From the NCBI GenBank assembly GCA_963822945.1, contig CAWGJO010000021.1, forward strand, positions 96,001-160,000: a stretch of DNA of 64,000 nucleotides, in the 5' to 3' direction. The stretch is from an uncultured Gemmatimonadaceae bacterium. Lineage in GTDB: Bacteria; Gemmatimonadota; Gemmatimonadetes; Gemmatimonadales; Gemmatimonadaceae. This document shows, one piece after another, positions 30,387 to 44,790 of this stretch. A program made the position numbers and the translations under genes. A model generated the notes under the pieces. That model had not been told where the DNA came from, did not search any database, and worked only from the letters and a program-made list of their open reading frames with translations. Position 1 is the stretch's first letter, and each line of letters starts with the position of its first letter.

Positions 30387-31798
30387 GCGGGGGGCGTCTC
30401 CCAATTGACCATGCGGTCATGCGGAACACGGCAGATGACCCATCGAAATTTCCCGGACGGTTCGGCGGGAATCTCCTCCACCATCTGCATTTCGATCCGC
30501 ATCGCCGTCCCGAGTCGCTCACGAAGGCCCGCTTCGAGCTGGCTGCGCTGCTCGGCGGTAAACGCGGTCGAAGGAACGATCGAGACCATCACGTGATCCA
30601 GGGCGTCTTGCACGATTTGCGATTTCAGAATCTGGTCGAACGGTTTGAACGGATGCGTCAGCACCGACGGCGACACGAATCGGCCGTCCGGCGTCACCAC
30701 GATGTCCTCGGCCTTCGTGGTGACGTCGGCGAGGCGCGACAGCCCACGGCCACACCTGCACCGGGCCGGCACGAAGCGGGAGACGTCGGACGTCTGATAG
30801 CGAATGAGCGGCATCCCGAGGTTCCACAGTGAGGTGCCGGTGAGCATCCCGGAATCCCCCTCGCCAACGGTCCGGCCTTCCCGATCGGTGAGCTCCGTGA
30901 CGCCGTACTCGTCGAACAGGTGCTTGCCGCCATGGATCGCGCATTCACCGGCGAACAAGGCCCGTTCGGCAAGGCCATAAAAGTCGAATACGGGGGCGTC
31001 GAACGCTGCGGCCATGGTCTCCCGCTGCACATGGTGCAGCGTCTCGGACGACGTGAGCACGGCCCGCAGAGGCAGGCGTTCCCCGTTTCGGATCAGGTAT
31101 CGCGCCAGAATGAAGAGAGTGGAGGGATAGCCCTCGATGAAGCGAATGCGCCGCCGACGCAACTCCTGAACGTAGATGGGTAGCGTTGTCTCGGATAGGT
31201 GGAAGGACGAGCACCACAGTTGCCGCTGCACGTAGTCCGGCATCCAGAACGGCGGCCTCTGCTGCTCGATGGGAACAACGACGCGCCCGAGGAACAGGGC
31301 GCACCAATCGTTCTGGCGCATGCCGGCCCAGCCTTGCTGACGACGGTACGCCACCATGTTCGCCACGAGTACGGACCGATCGTACCAGAGCGAAAGCGGG
31401 GAGCCCGTCGTGCCACTGGTGTGGCCGTGGACCATCCCACGGGCCGGGCGAGCGAGGAGCGCCGCCCCAGCCTCTCGAACATCTGTCTTGGTCAGCACCG
31501 GCAGCAGCGGCAGATCGGCCACACCCTGGACCTGCCCCACGTTGACGCCGTGCGCATCCCACCGCTGACGGTAGAATGGTACCCGATCGTACGCCGTGCG
31601 CACGACTGCCCCGACGCGCTCGTCCTGCAGCGTGCGCAACGCGGCGGCGTTCCACCACTGGCTCTCTTCCCATTGAGCGGCCAGGCGCCGGAACGCCCGC
31701 CCGTCCCAGTGACTCCGGCGGCGGAGCGCATACGCATTCAGCATCGCCACTCGAGCCCACTGCGGCGCTCGCTGGTATAGGCCCTCCATCCACGCCAT
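30383..31798 (-). CDS. Phenylacetate-CoA ligase-like / CapK-like adenylate-forming protein
   Basis: AYDRVPFYR, LPVLTK, HTSGTTGSP, GYPS, DFYGLAE, TSLWNLGMPLIRYQTSD, CRCGR, SGKFRW. Confidence 0.88.
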   Translation of the reverse strand: MAWMEGLYQRAPQWARVAMLNAYALRRRSHWDGRAFRRLAAQWEESQWWNAAALRTLQDERVGAVVRTAYDRVPFYRQRWDAHGVNVGQVQGVADLPLLPVLTKTDVREAGAALLARPARGMVHGHTSGTTGSPLSLWYDRSVLVANMVAYRRQQGWAGMRQNDWCALFLGRVVVPIEQQRPPFWMPDYVQRQLWCSSFHLSETTLPIYVQELRRRRIRFIEGYPSTLFILARYLIRNGERLPLRAVLTSSETLHHVQRETMAAAFDAPVFDFYGLAERALFAGECAIHGGKHLFDEYGVTELTDREGRTVGEGDSGMLTGTSLWNLGMPLIRYQTSDVSRFVPARCRCGRGLSRLADVTTKAEDIVVTPDGRFVSPSVLTHPFKPFDQILKSQIVQDALDHVMVSIVPSTAFTAEQRSQLEAGLRERLGTAMRIEMQMVEEIPAEPSGKFRWVICRVPHDRMVNWETPPA

Positions 31799-31835
31799 TA
31801 CTTTCCCTCCAAGACACGATTCTCTGCCCGCCCGC

Positions 31836-31851
31836 CGGCACGATTCGTGCA
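31836..31851 (+). promoter_or_regulatory. Putative sigma54 promoter upstream of asnB copy 2
   Basis: CGGCACGATTCGTGCA: GG-N10-GC with GGCAC; in the divergent intergenic region. Confidence 0.5.
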
Positions 31852-31985
31852 ATTTCCGGGCCACATTGTAGCCACTTTTCTTGCCTTGACTTTGATTCCG
31901 TCGCAGCCTCCCTTACACCGCCGACCACCGGGACCCCGTAACCCATGACGATCCCCACCTTGACGCCTTCGGGCCGGTCCCGCTG

Positions 31986-33881
31986 ATGTGCGGTATCTGC
32001 GGCATTGCCCACCCAACCCACGATCTCCCGGTGAATCGGGAGGCGCTTCAACGCATGTGCGACACCATCGCCCACCGCGGTCCGGACGGCGCCGGCATGC
32101 ACATCGAGCATGGTGTCGGGCTCGGCCATCGTCGACTCAGCATCATCGACGTCGCAGGTGGCGCCCAGCCACTCGCGAACGAGGACGGGACGGTGTGGGT
32201 TTCCTTCAACGGCGAAATCTATAACCATCGCGAACTCGCCGGCCGGCTGTCGGCCCGGGGGCACACGTTTCGAACCCACAGTGACACGGAGGTACTGGTC
32301 CACGCTTACGAGGAGTGGGGGGACGACCTCGTTCGCGAACTGAATGGCATGTTCGCCTTCGCGCTGCACGACATGAAGCGGCACCGCGTCTTGCTGGCGC
32401 GCGATCACCTGGGCATCAAGCCACTGTTCTACCGGCTCGACGGGGGAACGTTGCGGTTTGCCTCGGAGATCAAGGCGTTGTTTGCCGGCACCCCATGGCG
32501 CCCTCGGCCTCGCCCGGAAAGCGTTCAGGAGTATCTCGTCTTCCGGTATGTCGCCGGCGGCAACGCCTTTCATGACGACGTGCACCGGCTCCCAGCCGGA
32601 CATGTGGCCGTATGGGAGCGAGGACGGCTCGCCGTCGACCGGTTCTGGAGCCCTCCGGCCGACGAAGTGCCGGGCCGGGACTTGGAACGTGCGGCCGACG
32701 CGCTGGCCGACCTCCTCCAGCAATCGGTGCAGTCGCAGCTCATGAGCGAGGTGCCCCTCGGGGCGTTTTGCAGTGGCGGCGTCGACTCCGGTCTGGTGAG
32801 CGCCTACGCGGCCGACGCCAGTTCGCATCAACTGGCGACGTTCGCCGTCGGATTCCACGATCCGGCGTGGGACGAGCGTGCCCTTGCCGAGGATACCGCG
32901 CGTCGCATCGGCGCCGCGCACCACACGGTCATCGCCGAGCCCGAGGAATTCGGGGGACTCCTGCCCCGCCTCGTGTGGTACCATGACGAGCCACTGAGTC
33001 ATCCGAACACGATTCCGCTCTACCAACTCAGTCGGTTCGCCCGCCAATTCGTCACCGTGGTGCTCACAGGTGAGGGCTCAGACGAATTGTTCTGCGGCTA
33101 TCCACGGTATCACATCGCGCGGTGGCGGGCCGCGGCGGACGGGCTGCCCCGCGCGATCCGACGACCGCTCGCCGGTATCCTCGCTCGCGGCCCGGGTCAC
33201 CGGACAACCAAGCTCGGGGACAGTTTCGGGCGTGATCTGGAAGACGCCATGCTCTTCAATTCAGCCTACGTTGCGCCGGAACTCGTCGCGCGGCTAACCG
33301 GAAACCCGGTTGACGCAGCTCTCTCGGAGCGCCGGGCCCTGCTGGCCAACGCACGGTCCCACAACGGAGCCGTTGCAACCCTGTCCAGATACGAGTTGCT
33401 GACGTATCTGGGGTGCGCGCTCGACCGCATGGATCGGATGTCCATGGCCGTCAGTCTCGAGGGACGGGTTCCGTTTCTCGACATTCCGCTCGTCGAGTGG
33501 GCGGTGCAGCTTGCCGGGCACCTCAAGCTCTCGGGCACCGAGAACAAGCGGGTCGTGAAGGCCCTGGCGCATCGACGTCTCAATCCCGCCATTGCTCGGG
33601 GTGCCAAGTCGGGATTTGGCGTACCGCTGGACACGTGGTTTCGTTCGCCAGTGCTCGCGCCGTTGCTGGACCGACTTCGTGACCCGGGGCATCCGGCCGC
33701 CGGCCTGTTCGTCCAGCGCGAAGTACGTCGCCTCACGGACGAACACGCCGCGGGCGCGGCGGACCACGGCGAAGCGCTCTGGCTGCTCTCCAACGTCTAC
33801 GTCTGGTCTGAGGTCAATCTCGGCGGAGTCATGAGCGAGCCCCCCGAGCCCGTAGGTACCGGCGCGGTCGCGACGCCGTGA
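31986..33881 (+). CDS. asnB: Asparagine synthase (glutamine-hydrolysing) family amidotransferase, copy 2
   Basis: MCGICG, HRGPDG, GHRRLSIID, NGEIYNH, SGGVDS, TGEGSDELFCGY, RVPFLD, KSGFGVP. Confidence 0.93.
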   Translation: MCGICGIAHPTHDLPVNREALQRMCDTIAHRGPDGAGMHIEHGVGLGHRRLSIIDVAGGAQPLANEDGTVWVSFNGEIYNHRELAGRLSARGHTFRTHSDTEVLVHAYEEWGDDLVRELNGMFAFALHDMKRHRVLLARDHLGIKPLFYRLDGGTLRFASEIKALFAGTPWRPRPRPESVQEYLVFRYVAGGNAFHDDVHRLPAGHVAVWERGRLAVDRFWSPPADEVPGRDLERAADALADLLQQSVQSQLMSEVPLGAFCSGGVDSGLVSAYAADASSHQLATFAVGFHDPAWDERALAEDTARRIGAAHHTVIAEPEEFGGLLPRLVWYHDEPLSHPNTIPLYQLSRFARQFVTVVLTGEGSDELFCGYPRYHIARWRAAADGLPRAIRRPLAGILARGPGHRTTKLGDSFGRDLEDAMLFNSAYVAPELVARLTGNPVDAALSERRALLANARSHNGAVATLSRYELLTYLGCALDRMDRMSMAVSLEGRVPFLDIPLVEWAVQLAGHLKLSGTENKRVVKALAHRRLNPAIARGAKSGFGVPLDTWFRSPVLAPLLDRLRDPGHPAAGLFVQREVRRLTDEHAAGAADHGEALWLLSNVYVWSEVNLGGVMSEPPEPVGTGAVATP

Positions 33882-34798
33882 ACTTCCCAGTTCGAAACGC
33901 GGCGAAGCGAGTCGCCGAGTTCACCCTGCGCGCGAGCGTCGCGCCCATCGTGCGCCGTACGTTGCGATCGCACGCGCTCGTTCTCGCCTACCATGACGTG
34001 GTCCCCGATGAGTGGTCTGGTGGGGGAGATCGATCGCTCCATCTACCAATCGGCGACTTCCGGCAACAACTCGATTTCCTCGAGGCTACGCACGAAATCG
34101 TCCCTCTGCGGCAGTTGCTGCGCCCCGCCACGAAGGCTCAGCGGCGGCCGCGTGCCGCCGTGACGTTCGACGACGCATATCGCGGCGCGGTGACACTGGG
34201 CCTGGCGGAACTCGCGCGCCGGAAGCTTCCCGCTACCGTATTCGTCACCCCAGGATTTCTCGAGGGCGGCACCTTCTGGTGGGACGAATTGGCCTCCCCC
34301 ACCGGCGGACTGGACCCCGGCCTACGTGCGACCGCGCTCGACGAACTGCGGGGCGACGACGAGGCAATCCGCGCCCGGGCAGCGGAGCGCCGCTCCCCGG
34401 TGTGGGCGGCGGCGCCCGAAGCCCGAGGGGCGGGGATCGCAGACCTCGAGGCGGCGATGCGCCCCGGCAACGTGGTACTCGGCGCTCACAGTTGGAGCCA
34501 CCCGAATCTCGCGCGCATTGACGCCCAGCACCTGACGCGTGAAATGACGGAGCCGCTCGCCTGGCTCCGCGAGCACTTCCAGAAGTTCACCGTGCCTCTC
34601 GTCGCCTACCCGTACGGCAGGTTCGACCCCCGAGTGATCATGGCGGCCGCCGCGGCCGGCTATGAGGCGGGATTCGCGATTGACGGCGGGTGGGCACCCG
34701 CCGTGATCGCAAATCCGTTCGCCGTACCGCGCGTCAACATCCCTGCGGGAATCTCGATCGACGGCTTCGCCCTCCGGGCGTCCGGCCTCCTCGTGTGA
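33878..34798 (+). CDS. Polysaccharide deacetylase (NodB/CE4, IcaB/PgaB-like)
   Basis: LAYHDV, VTFDDAY, ATVFV, GAHSWSHPNL, AYPYG. Confidence 0.88.
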   Translation: MNFPVRNAAKRVAEFTLRASVAPIVRRTLRSHALVLAYHDVVPDEWSGGGDRSLHLPIGDFRQQLDFLEATHEIVPLRQLLRPATKAQRRPRAAVTFDDAYRGAVTLGLAELARRKLPATVFVTPGFLEGGTFWWDELASPTGGLDPGLRATALDELRGDDEAIRARAAERRSPVWAAAPEARGAGIADLEAAMRPGNVVLGAHSWSHPNLARIDAQHLTREMTEPLAWLREHFQKFTVPLVAYPYGRFDPRVIMAAAAAGYEAGFAIDGGWAPAVIANPFAVPRVNIPAGISIDGFALRASGLLV

Positions 34799-34808
34799 CG
34801 AAGAGCGG

Positions 34809-35909
34809 CTACGGTTCCCGCGATTCGTTCGACGTCCCGATCAGACCTGACAACTTGTTTCGTAACGTCCGGACGACCAACTGGCCGAGAATCCTCGGCG
34901 GGAATCGCCAGGGGCGCGTCATCGTGTACCAGTACGCCGCGAGTCGCTGTCGGCGCCATGTGTCGCGGATGGCGCTGGCATAGTCAGCGGGATCGAGGGC
35001 CGTCAATTCGTGCGAGGGCACGGCCACTGACCGGCCACCGACGAGCCGGGGCCGGTAGTCGGGCTGAAGCAACGTGGCTTGCACGATGGCGTCGCGCACG
35101 ACGGATCCGTCGAGTGTCACGCGCAGAATCGCGCCCGTCCGGAACGGCGCATACCATACCATATCGCCGACCAGATTCCCAAGACTGTAGGCGATGATTG
35201 CACCGCGATACGTCTCGACCGGACGAACGACGTGCGGATGGTGTCCCAACACCACGGAAGCACCGGCGTCGACGAGCGAGTGGCCGATTGCCATCTCGTC
35301 GGTCGACGGAAGGGGCACGAATTCCTCGCCCCAGTGCATCGAGACGATCACGGCGTCCGTCTCGGAGCGGAGCCGCGCCACATCGGCACGTATCGCTTCC
35401 GCGTTCCCTTCGGCATGGGCGGGCACCTCCGGCGAGTACTGGCGCGGCCGCAGACAGTAGCCGAGGATGCCGATCCGTCTCCCGGCCGCCGAGATCGTGA
35501 CCGGAGTGCTCGCCCACGGCGCCGTCCCTCGGAGCCCGCAAACGGCGATCCCGGCGCGTCGTACGGCGTCCACCGTATCACGGAACGCCTCGGGCCCATG
35601 CTGCATCGCGTGGTTGTTGGCCACGTTGAGCACGGTAAACCCCGCCGCCCGGAGCGCCGCGGCGAATCCCGGATCACCACGCAGCTGCCGAGAGGCCAGA
35701 GAATCGGCGCGGCGCCCGCGCACTGAAAGAGGCGTCTCGAGATTCCCGAAGACGAGATCGGCGTCACGGAGAGTGGGAATCACCGCGCCGAGCACACGAG
35801 GGAGTGTCTCCGGGCCATAGCGACTGGCAAAGCCGAACCCCACACAGGTGGGGGAGTCCCCAAGTTGGAGGTCGCCGACCGCGGCGATGCGGAACGAAGT
35901 TTGGTCCAC
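34809..35909 (-). CDS. CapA/PgsA-family metallophosphoesterase-like protein
   Basis: AVGD, GNLETP, VANNHAM, SMHWGEE, GHHPHVV, YSLGN. Confidence 0.88.
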   Translation of the reverse strand: MDQTSFRIAAVGDLQLGDSPTCVGFGFASRYGPETLPRVLGAVIPTLRDADLVFGNLETPLSVRGRRADSLASRQLRGDPGFAAALRAAGFTVLNVANNHAMQHGPEAFRDTVDAVRRAGIAVCGLRGTAPWASTPVTISAAGRRIGILGYCLRPRQYSPEVPAHAEGNAEAIRADVARLRSETDAVIVSMHWGEEFVPLPSTDEMAIGHSLVDAGASVVLGHHPHVVRPVETYRGAIIAYSLGNLVGDMVWYAPFRTGAILRVTLDGSVVRDAIVQATLLQPDYRPRLVGGRSVAVPSHELTALDPADYASAIRDTWRRQRLAAYWYTMTRPWRFPPRILGQLVVRTLRNKLSGLIGTSNESREP

Positions 35910-36184
35910 TTGGAACTCCCTGACTCGGGGTCGGGCCGAAACATCTAACCATGATTGGACGAATTCTCAAGGCGGTCGTCGATTGTGGACCCGCCAATCC
36001 ACTATTTTCATCCGGCAGCGTGTGGAGCGCGGCGTTCGGTTCCCGTAGCGACGTACCTGGCCCCAATAGTCGACGGAATGGTTCTTGACATGATGGAGTT
36101 GATGCCGCGAAACCACCCCCGCCCCTACGGTAACGACATCCGCGGCGGCACCAGCCCGGGCCGCCGCCGGTGGACTTGGGCGTC

Positions 36185-37381
36185 ATGATTTCGCCACCGG
36201 CTACCGTATTGGTCACCGACGGCGAACATCGCGCCGCGCTGGCCGTGGTGCGATCGCTCGGTCGTGCGGGGCACCGAGTCATCGTGGCCTCGTCCCGGCG
36301 GCATTCGCTCGCTGGAGCTTCGCGGTATGCCGCGCGGGCGGAGGTCGTCCCCGATCCGTTGGCCGATCCCGACGGCTTCGCCCGAGCGGTCGTCGAGGCG
36401 TCGCGGCGCTACACCGCCGACGTGGTGCTGCCGGTGACGGACCCCGCGCTGCTGGCACTGTTGCCCGTGCGAGGGGAGCTTTCGGGAACGATCCCCTTCG
36501 CCTCGGCGGACATCGTGCGCCGGGCGGCCGATAAGCCGGTGGTGCTGCGGCTGGCCGAAACGCTCGGAATCCACGTCCCACGCCAACTCACGCTTTCCCG
36601 CGCCGAAGACGCCGGCGAAGCCGCGTTGGCTCGCGTTACTTGGCCCCTCGTGGTGAAACCCGGGCGTTCCGTGAACGATGGAACCGACGGACCGATCAAG
36701 CTCGGCGTCAGTTGGGCCCGAGACCTCGACGAGTTGCGTGCGATCTTGAATGCGCTGCCGGCCGCCGCGTTTCCGGTGCTCCTCCAGGAGCGCATCGTAG
36801 GCCCCGGGACCGGCGTGTTTCTACTGCGTTGGGATGGACGCAACCTTGCCAGGTTCGCCCACGAACGGATTCGCGAGAAGCCGCCGTCTGGCGGCGTAAG
36901 CGTGTGCTGTATCAGCGTCACTCCTGACCCCCCCTTGGTAGCCGCAGCAGAGGAGTTGCTCGCCGTGCTCGACTGGCAAGGCCCGGCGATGGTCGAGTTC
37001 AAGCGCGATGCGAAGACGGGCGTGGCGTACCTGATGGAGGTGAACGGCCGGTTCTGGGGATCGCTGCAGCTCGCCGTGGACGCGGGCGTTGACTTCCCGC
37101 GAATTCTCGTGGAGGCCGCGCTGGGCCGTGCTGCGACCGAGGAGCCGACCGTGCGCCCCGGGGTCCGATTGCGCTGGTGGTGGGGCGAAGTGGATCACCT
37201 GATCGCCTGTTTGCGCTGCGGAGCGGACGCAAGGGCGTCGGCCGGGAGCCGGTTCGCGGTGTTCAGGAACTTCCTTGCGCCGGGGCGAGGGTCCCGGAAC
37301 GAAGTCTTTCGCTGGCACGACCCGGCGCCGGCATTCTGGGAAACGGTGGATTGGTTTGCGGCGATTCGGCCGCGCCGATGA
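36185..37381 (+). CDS. ATP-grasp carboxylate-amine ligase
   Basis: VLVTDG...ALAVVRSLG, PLVVKP, LLQERIVG, HERIREKPPSGG, MVEFK, LMEVNGRFWGSL. Confidence 0.88.
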   Translation: MISPPATVLVTDGEHRAALAVVRSLGRAGHRVIVASSRRHSLAGASRYAARAEVVPDPLADPDGFARAVVEASRRYTADVVLPVTDPALLALLPVRGELSGTIPFASADIVRRAADKPVVLRLAETLGIHVPRQLTLSRAEDAGEAALARVTWPLVVKPGRSVNDGTDGPIKLGVSWARDLDELRAILNALPAAAFPVLLQERIVGPGTGVFLLRWDGRNLARFAHERIREKPPSGGVSVCCISVTPDPPLVAAAEELLAVLDWQGPAMVEFKRDAKTGVAYLMEVNGRFWGSLQLAVDAGVDFPRILVEAALGRAATEEPTVRPGVRLRWWWGEVDHLIACLRCGADARASAGSRFAVFRNFLAPGRGSRNEVFRWHDPAPAFWETVDWFAAIRPRR

Positions 37382-37510
37382 GTGGACGGATCCCGACCTG
37401 CCGAGTCGGACCCGAAGTCGGGCCTATCCGCGGACGGCGGCCGGCGAATCGAATCCAACAGTGGTTCGTCCGTCGGATATCCGACGCGGTCGTGTCCCTC
37501 TTGAGGTGTA

Positions 37511-39013
37511 ATGTCAGACTCCACGCCTAATTTGCCCCCCACGAGCACCGAGTCGCGCAGCAAGTCCGAGTCACTCGATCGGTCGCTCCTTCACGGGCTG
37601 GCCTGGACGAGCGGTGCAAAGTGGGGCAGCCAATTGCTCTCGTGGGCCTCCACGGTCATCGTGGCACGCCTCCTCACGCCCGAAGACTACGGATTGGTCG
37701 GCATGGCCTCGATCTACCTCGGCCTGGTGACCATGCTCAGTGAGTTCGGACTCGGTACTACGGTCCTGGCCTTGCGCGACCTGAGCGAGGAGCAGCTGGC
37801 CCAGCTGAACGGCTTCGCTCTTCTCTTTGGACTCGGCAGCTTTGCCCTGTCATGCCTCGCCGCCTGGCCGTTGGGAACATTCTTTCGATCGCCCGAGCTA
37901 CCCGCCGTTGTGATCGTCATGAGCGTGACCTTCATCATCACGTCGTTCCGGATCGTCCCCGGTGCCCTGCTCCGTCGAGAACTGCGATTTCGCGAATTGG
38001 CGGTGATCGACACCGTAAGCGCGATGACCCTCGCGGTCGCGTTGATCGCATTTGCCTACTTCGGGTTCAGGTACTGGACCCTCGTCATCGGCGGCGTGCT
38101 CAGCACGACGCTCTCAACCGTCCAGATCCTCCGGCTTCGGCGGCTCCGCGTGGCCCGACCGCGCGCCAGCACGTTGCAGCATGCGATGCGATTCAGCGGC
38201 CACATCCTCACGTCCCGTCTCTCGTGGTATGCGTACTCGAACGCAGACTTCGTCATCGCCGGCCGCCTGTTGGGCAAAGCGGCGCTTGGCGTCTACGATT
38301 TTGCCTGGACCCTGGCCAACGTACCAATCGAGAAGATCACGGTGCTCATCGGGCAGGTCGCGTTTCCGATCTTCGCGGCCGTACAGCATGAGCCGGCGGA
38401 ACTGCGCCGTTATCTGCTGCGATTGACCGAGGGGCTGGCCCTGCTGACCATGCCGGCGTCGGTCGGGATGGCGCTGGTGGCGCCGGATTTCGTCTCGGTG
38501 TTTCTCGGACCGAGGTGGAGTGGCGCCGTCCGTCCTCTAGAACTACTGGCGATCTTCGTCGGCTTCCGGTCGGTGATCCCGCTGTTTGCCCAGATCCTGA
38601 ACGTGATCCGCGACTCGCGATTCGCGATGTATACCTCCCTGCTCTCTGCTGTGGTAATGCCGGTTTCGTTCTACTTCATGGGCCGGCGATGGGGCACGCC
38701 GGGACTCGCCCTCGCATGGATGACCGTCTATCCCGTGCTGGCGTTCTTCCAATACTGGCGGGTTTCTCGACGTATTGCGCTGAGCACCAGTGATTACCTC
38801 CGGGCCTTGTGGCCCGCGGTGAGCAGCACCACCGTGATGTCCATGGCGGTCTGGGGAACGAAGACGGTGATCGGCGCGCATGTGCCCGGCCCGGTTGTGC
38901 TCGGAGTCCAGGTGGGGATCGGCGCCGTGGTGTACTCAGTTATGTGCCTCACGGTGCACCGCCGCCGCCTCGTCGCATTTGTCGAGGTCGTGCGACGCCA
39001 ACGTCGGACGTAG
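37511..39013 (+). CDS. Wzx-type polysaccharide flippase (PST family)
   Basis: ARLLTPEDYGL, many TM segments, NADFVIAGRLLG.AALGVY. Confidence 0.9.
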   Translation: MSDSTPNLPPTSTESRSKSESLDRSLLHGLAWTSGAKWGSQLLSWASTVIVARLLTPEDYGLVGMASIYLGLVTMLSEFGLGTTVLALRDLSEEQLAQLNGFALLFGLGSFALSCLAAWPLGTFFRSPELPAVVIVMSVTFIITSFRIVPGALLRRELRFRELAVIDTVSAMTLAVALIAFAYFGFRYWTLVIGGVLSTTLSTVQILRLRRLRVARPRASTLQHAMRFSGHILTSRLSWYAYSNADFVIAGRLLGKAALGVYDFAWTLANVPIEKITVLIGQVAFPIFAAVQHEPAELRRYLLRLTEGLALLTMPASVGMALVAPDFVSVFLGPRWSGAVRPLELLAIFVGFRSVIPLFAQILNVIRDSRFAMYTSLLSAVVMPVSFYFMGRRWGTPGLALAWMTVYPVLAFFQYWRVSRRIALSTSDYLRALWPAVSSTTVMSMAVWGTKTVIGAHVPGPVVLGVQVGIGAVVYSVMCLTVHRRRLVAFVEVVRRQRRT

Positions 39014-39311
39014 CCCCAACGCAATTGTTGTGTTGAGGAAGTGTGGCGTCTTAGCGCAGCCGGCCCGTATGGCGCGGGCTGCACTCTGGTGTGGTGGCGC
39101 CACAACGGTCAGTGGCGATCCGATCGGGGCGACTGTCTCGCGACTCGCGTATCGCCCATAGCGACCTACACGAGAGAACGCATGTGTTGGGTCGATTGAC
39201 ACTCTCTGCGAGCGACCCGCATATTGAGAAACACTGTTTCCCTTGATGGTGTCGCCCGGCCGTTGGCGCACCGGGCTTCAGGCCCCCCTCTAGCCGGTTG
39301 GTACTTGTCGT

Positions 39312-43246
<3,935 letters not shown>

Positions 43247-43513
43247 CCGGGGCACCAAGCGTGGGACGGAACGGGAGTGCGCGGCCGGGGCACCGACATG
43301 GACGGTTATATTTCCGCGTCGGCTTCCCGCGCTATCTCTCGCCGTGGGGATCGGGCCGGGAGGGGCCTGACGCTCCTCCCGAGCGAACTGAGTTGCCGTA
43401 CCGGCACCCGTACCTCGCTCGTCGATCGGTGGGCCGGCTAGAGGACATCGGACGCCGCCGGCGAAGCGAGAAACGCGTGCAGAACGACTGGCATCGGACC
43501 TGGAGTGATGACG

Positions 43514-44650
43514 ATGAAGAACTCTCGCCGTACAACTTCCGATGTCGTGATTCACGCGCTCAGCAGTGGCGGCCTGTACGGCATCGAACGCATGCTCCTC
43601 AACCTCCTGCCTGAACTGCAGCGGAAAAACTGTCCGGTGCGCCTGCTCTGCCTGGACGGTCCGGATGCCGAAATCGTGGGAGCGGCGGAGAACCTGGGAA
43701 TCCCGACAGCGTCAGTCATGTGCACCGCGCGATTCACACCGCGTGGATGGGCTGATCTCTACCGGACGATCGGCAGTTACGCCCCGCGGATCGTGCACGT
43801 TCACGGCTACAAGGCCACTATCCTGGCCGGGGCTGTGTCGGTCGCGCAGCGGCTGCCCACCGTGGCGACATATCACGGAGTGGCAGCAAAGGCCGGCGAG
43901 CACTCGAAGTCTCTCGCGCGGTATCTCGCCCTCGAGAGCCCAGTACTCCGACGCTTCAGCGGAACGGCGGCTGTATCCGATCAGATTGCCAAAGAATTGA
44001 CGTCTCGACGCGTGCTGTCCGGTCGCATTCGAGTAATCGCAAACGGTATCAGGATTCCCACCCCGACCACGGCCAGCCGCGCCGCGCCCGACATCGCGCA
44101 GGCCTTTTCGCCGTGTGTGCTTTCTCTCAGCCGGCTCGCCCCGGAGAAGAACGTTCACTTGGTGATCGATGCCGTTGCCGCACTCCGCACCGACTTCCCG
44201 AACATCGGCCTCGTGGTGGCGGGTCACGGTGATCTGCGGAACGACTTGCAGGCGCGCGCGGCCTCCCTCGGTATTGAACATGCCGTGCGGTTCGTGGGCT
44301 TCGTCCGGGACGTGCGTCCGCTTTACGAGCAGAGCGATGTGTTCGTCCTGGCGTCACAGACCGAAGGGATGCCAATGGCCCTCCTGGAGACGATGGCCCT
44401 CGGCGTGCCGATCGTGGCCTCCCGGGTCGGCGGAATCCCGCGGATGCTCGACGATGAACGCGAGGCGTTGCTCATCGAGCCCAACAGCCCGCAAAGCCTG
44501 TTCCAGGCTCTCCGCCGGATCGTGGCGGAAGAGCCGCTGCGCACACGCCTCGCGGAAGCCGCCCGGAAGCGGTTCGAGCGCGAGTTTACCGTCGGGCGAA
44601 TGGCCGATGCCTACATCCGGTTCTACGACGATGTCGCGCCCCATGCTTAG
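43514..44650 (+). CDS. Glycosyltransferase family 4
   Basis: YGIERM, IANGI, SRLAPEKN, SQTEGMPMALLETM. Confidence 0.92.
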   Translation: MKNSRRTTSDVVIHALSSGGLYGIERMLLNLLPELQRKNCPVRLLCLDGPDAEIVGAAENLGIPTASVMCTARFTPRGWADLYRTIGSYAPRIVHVHGYKATILAGAVSVAQRLPTVATYHGVAAKAGEHSKSLARYLALESPVLRRFSGTAAVSDQIAKELTSRRVLSGRIRVIANGIRIPTPTTASRAAPDIAQAFSPCVLSLSRLAPEKNVHLVIDAVAALRTDFPNIGLVVAGHGDLRNDLQARAASLGIEHAVRFVGFVRDVRPLYEQSDVFVLASQTEGMPMALLETMALGVPIVASRVGGIPRMLDDEREALLIEPNSPQSLFQALRRIVAEEPLRTRLAEAARKRFEREFTVGRMADAYIRFYDDVAPHA

Positions 44651-44790
44651 GTACGATATGTTGACGTTGCGGGCTCCGCATCCGGCAGCGCGTCTCCCGC
44701 GCGGCCGGATTCAGACGTTGTCCGCTGCGAGAGTCGTGGATTGGAAACTGCCGAGGCTTTCTCTTGGGTGAGCGATCACGAAGTGATGAC

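Noticed and set aside
27262..33881. Lasso-peptide or other RiPP cluster suggested by the AsnB-like genes
   Set aside because: Both have full glutaminase domains with N-terminal Cys; no precursor, RRE or B2 peptidase seen; context is glycan synthesis
34809..35909. Poly-gamma-glutamate capsule operon
   Set aside because: Only a CapA-family gene is present; no CapB/CapC
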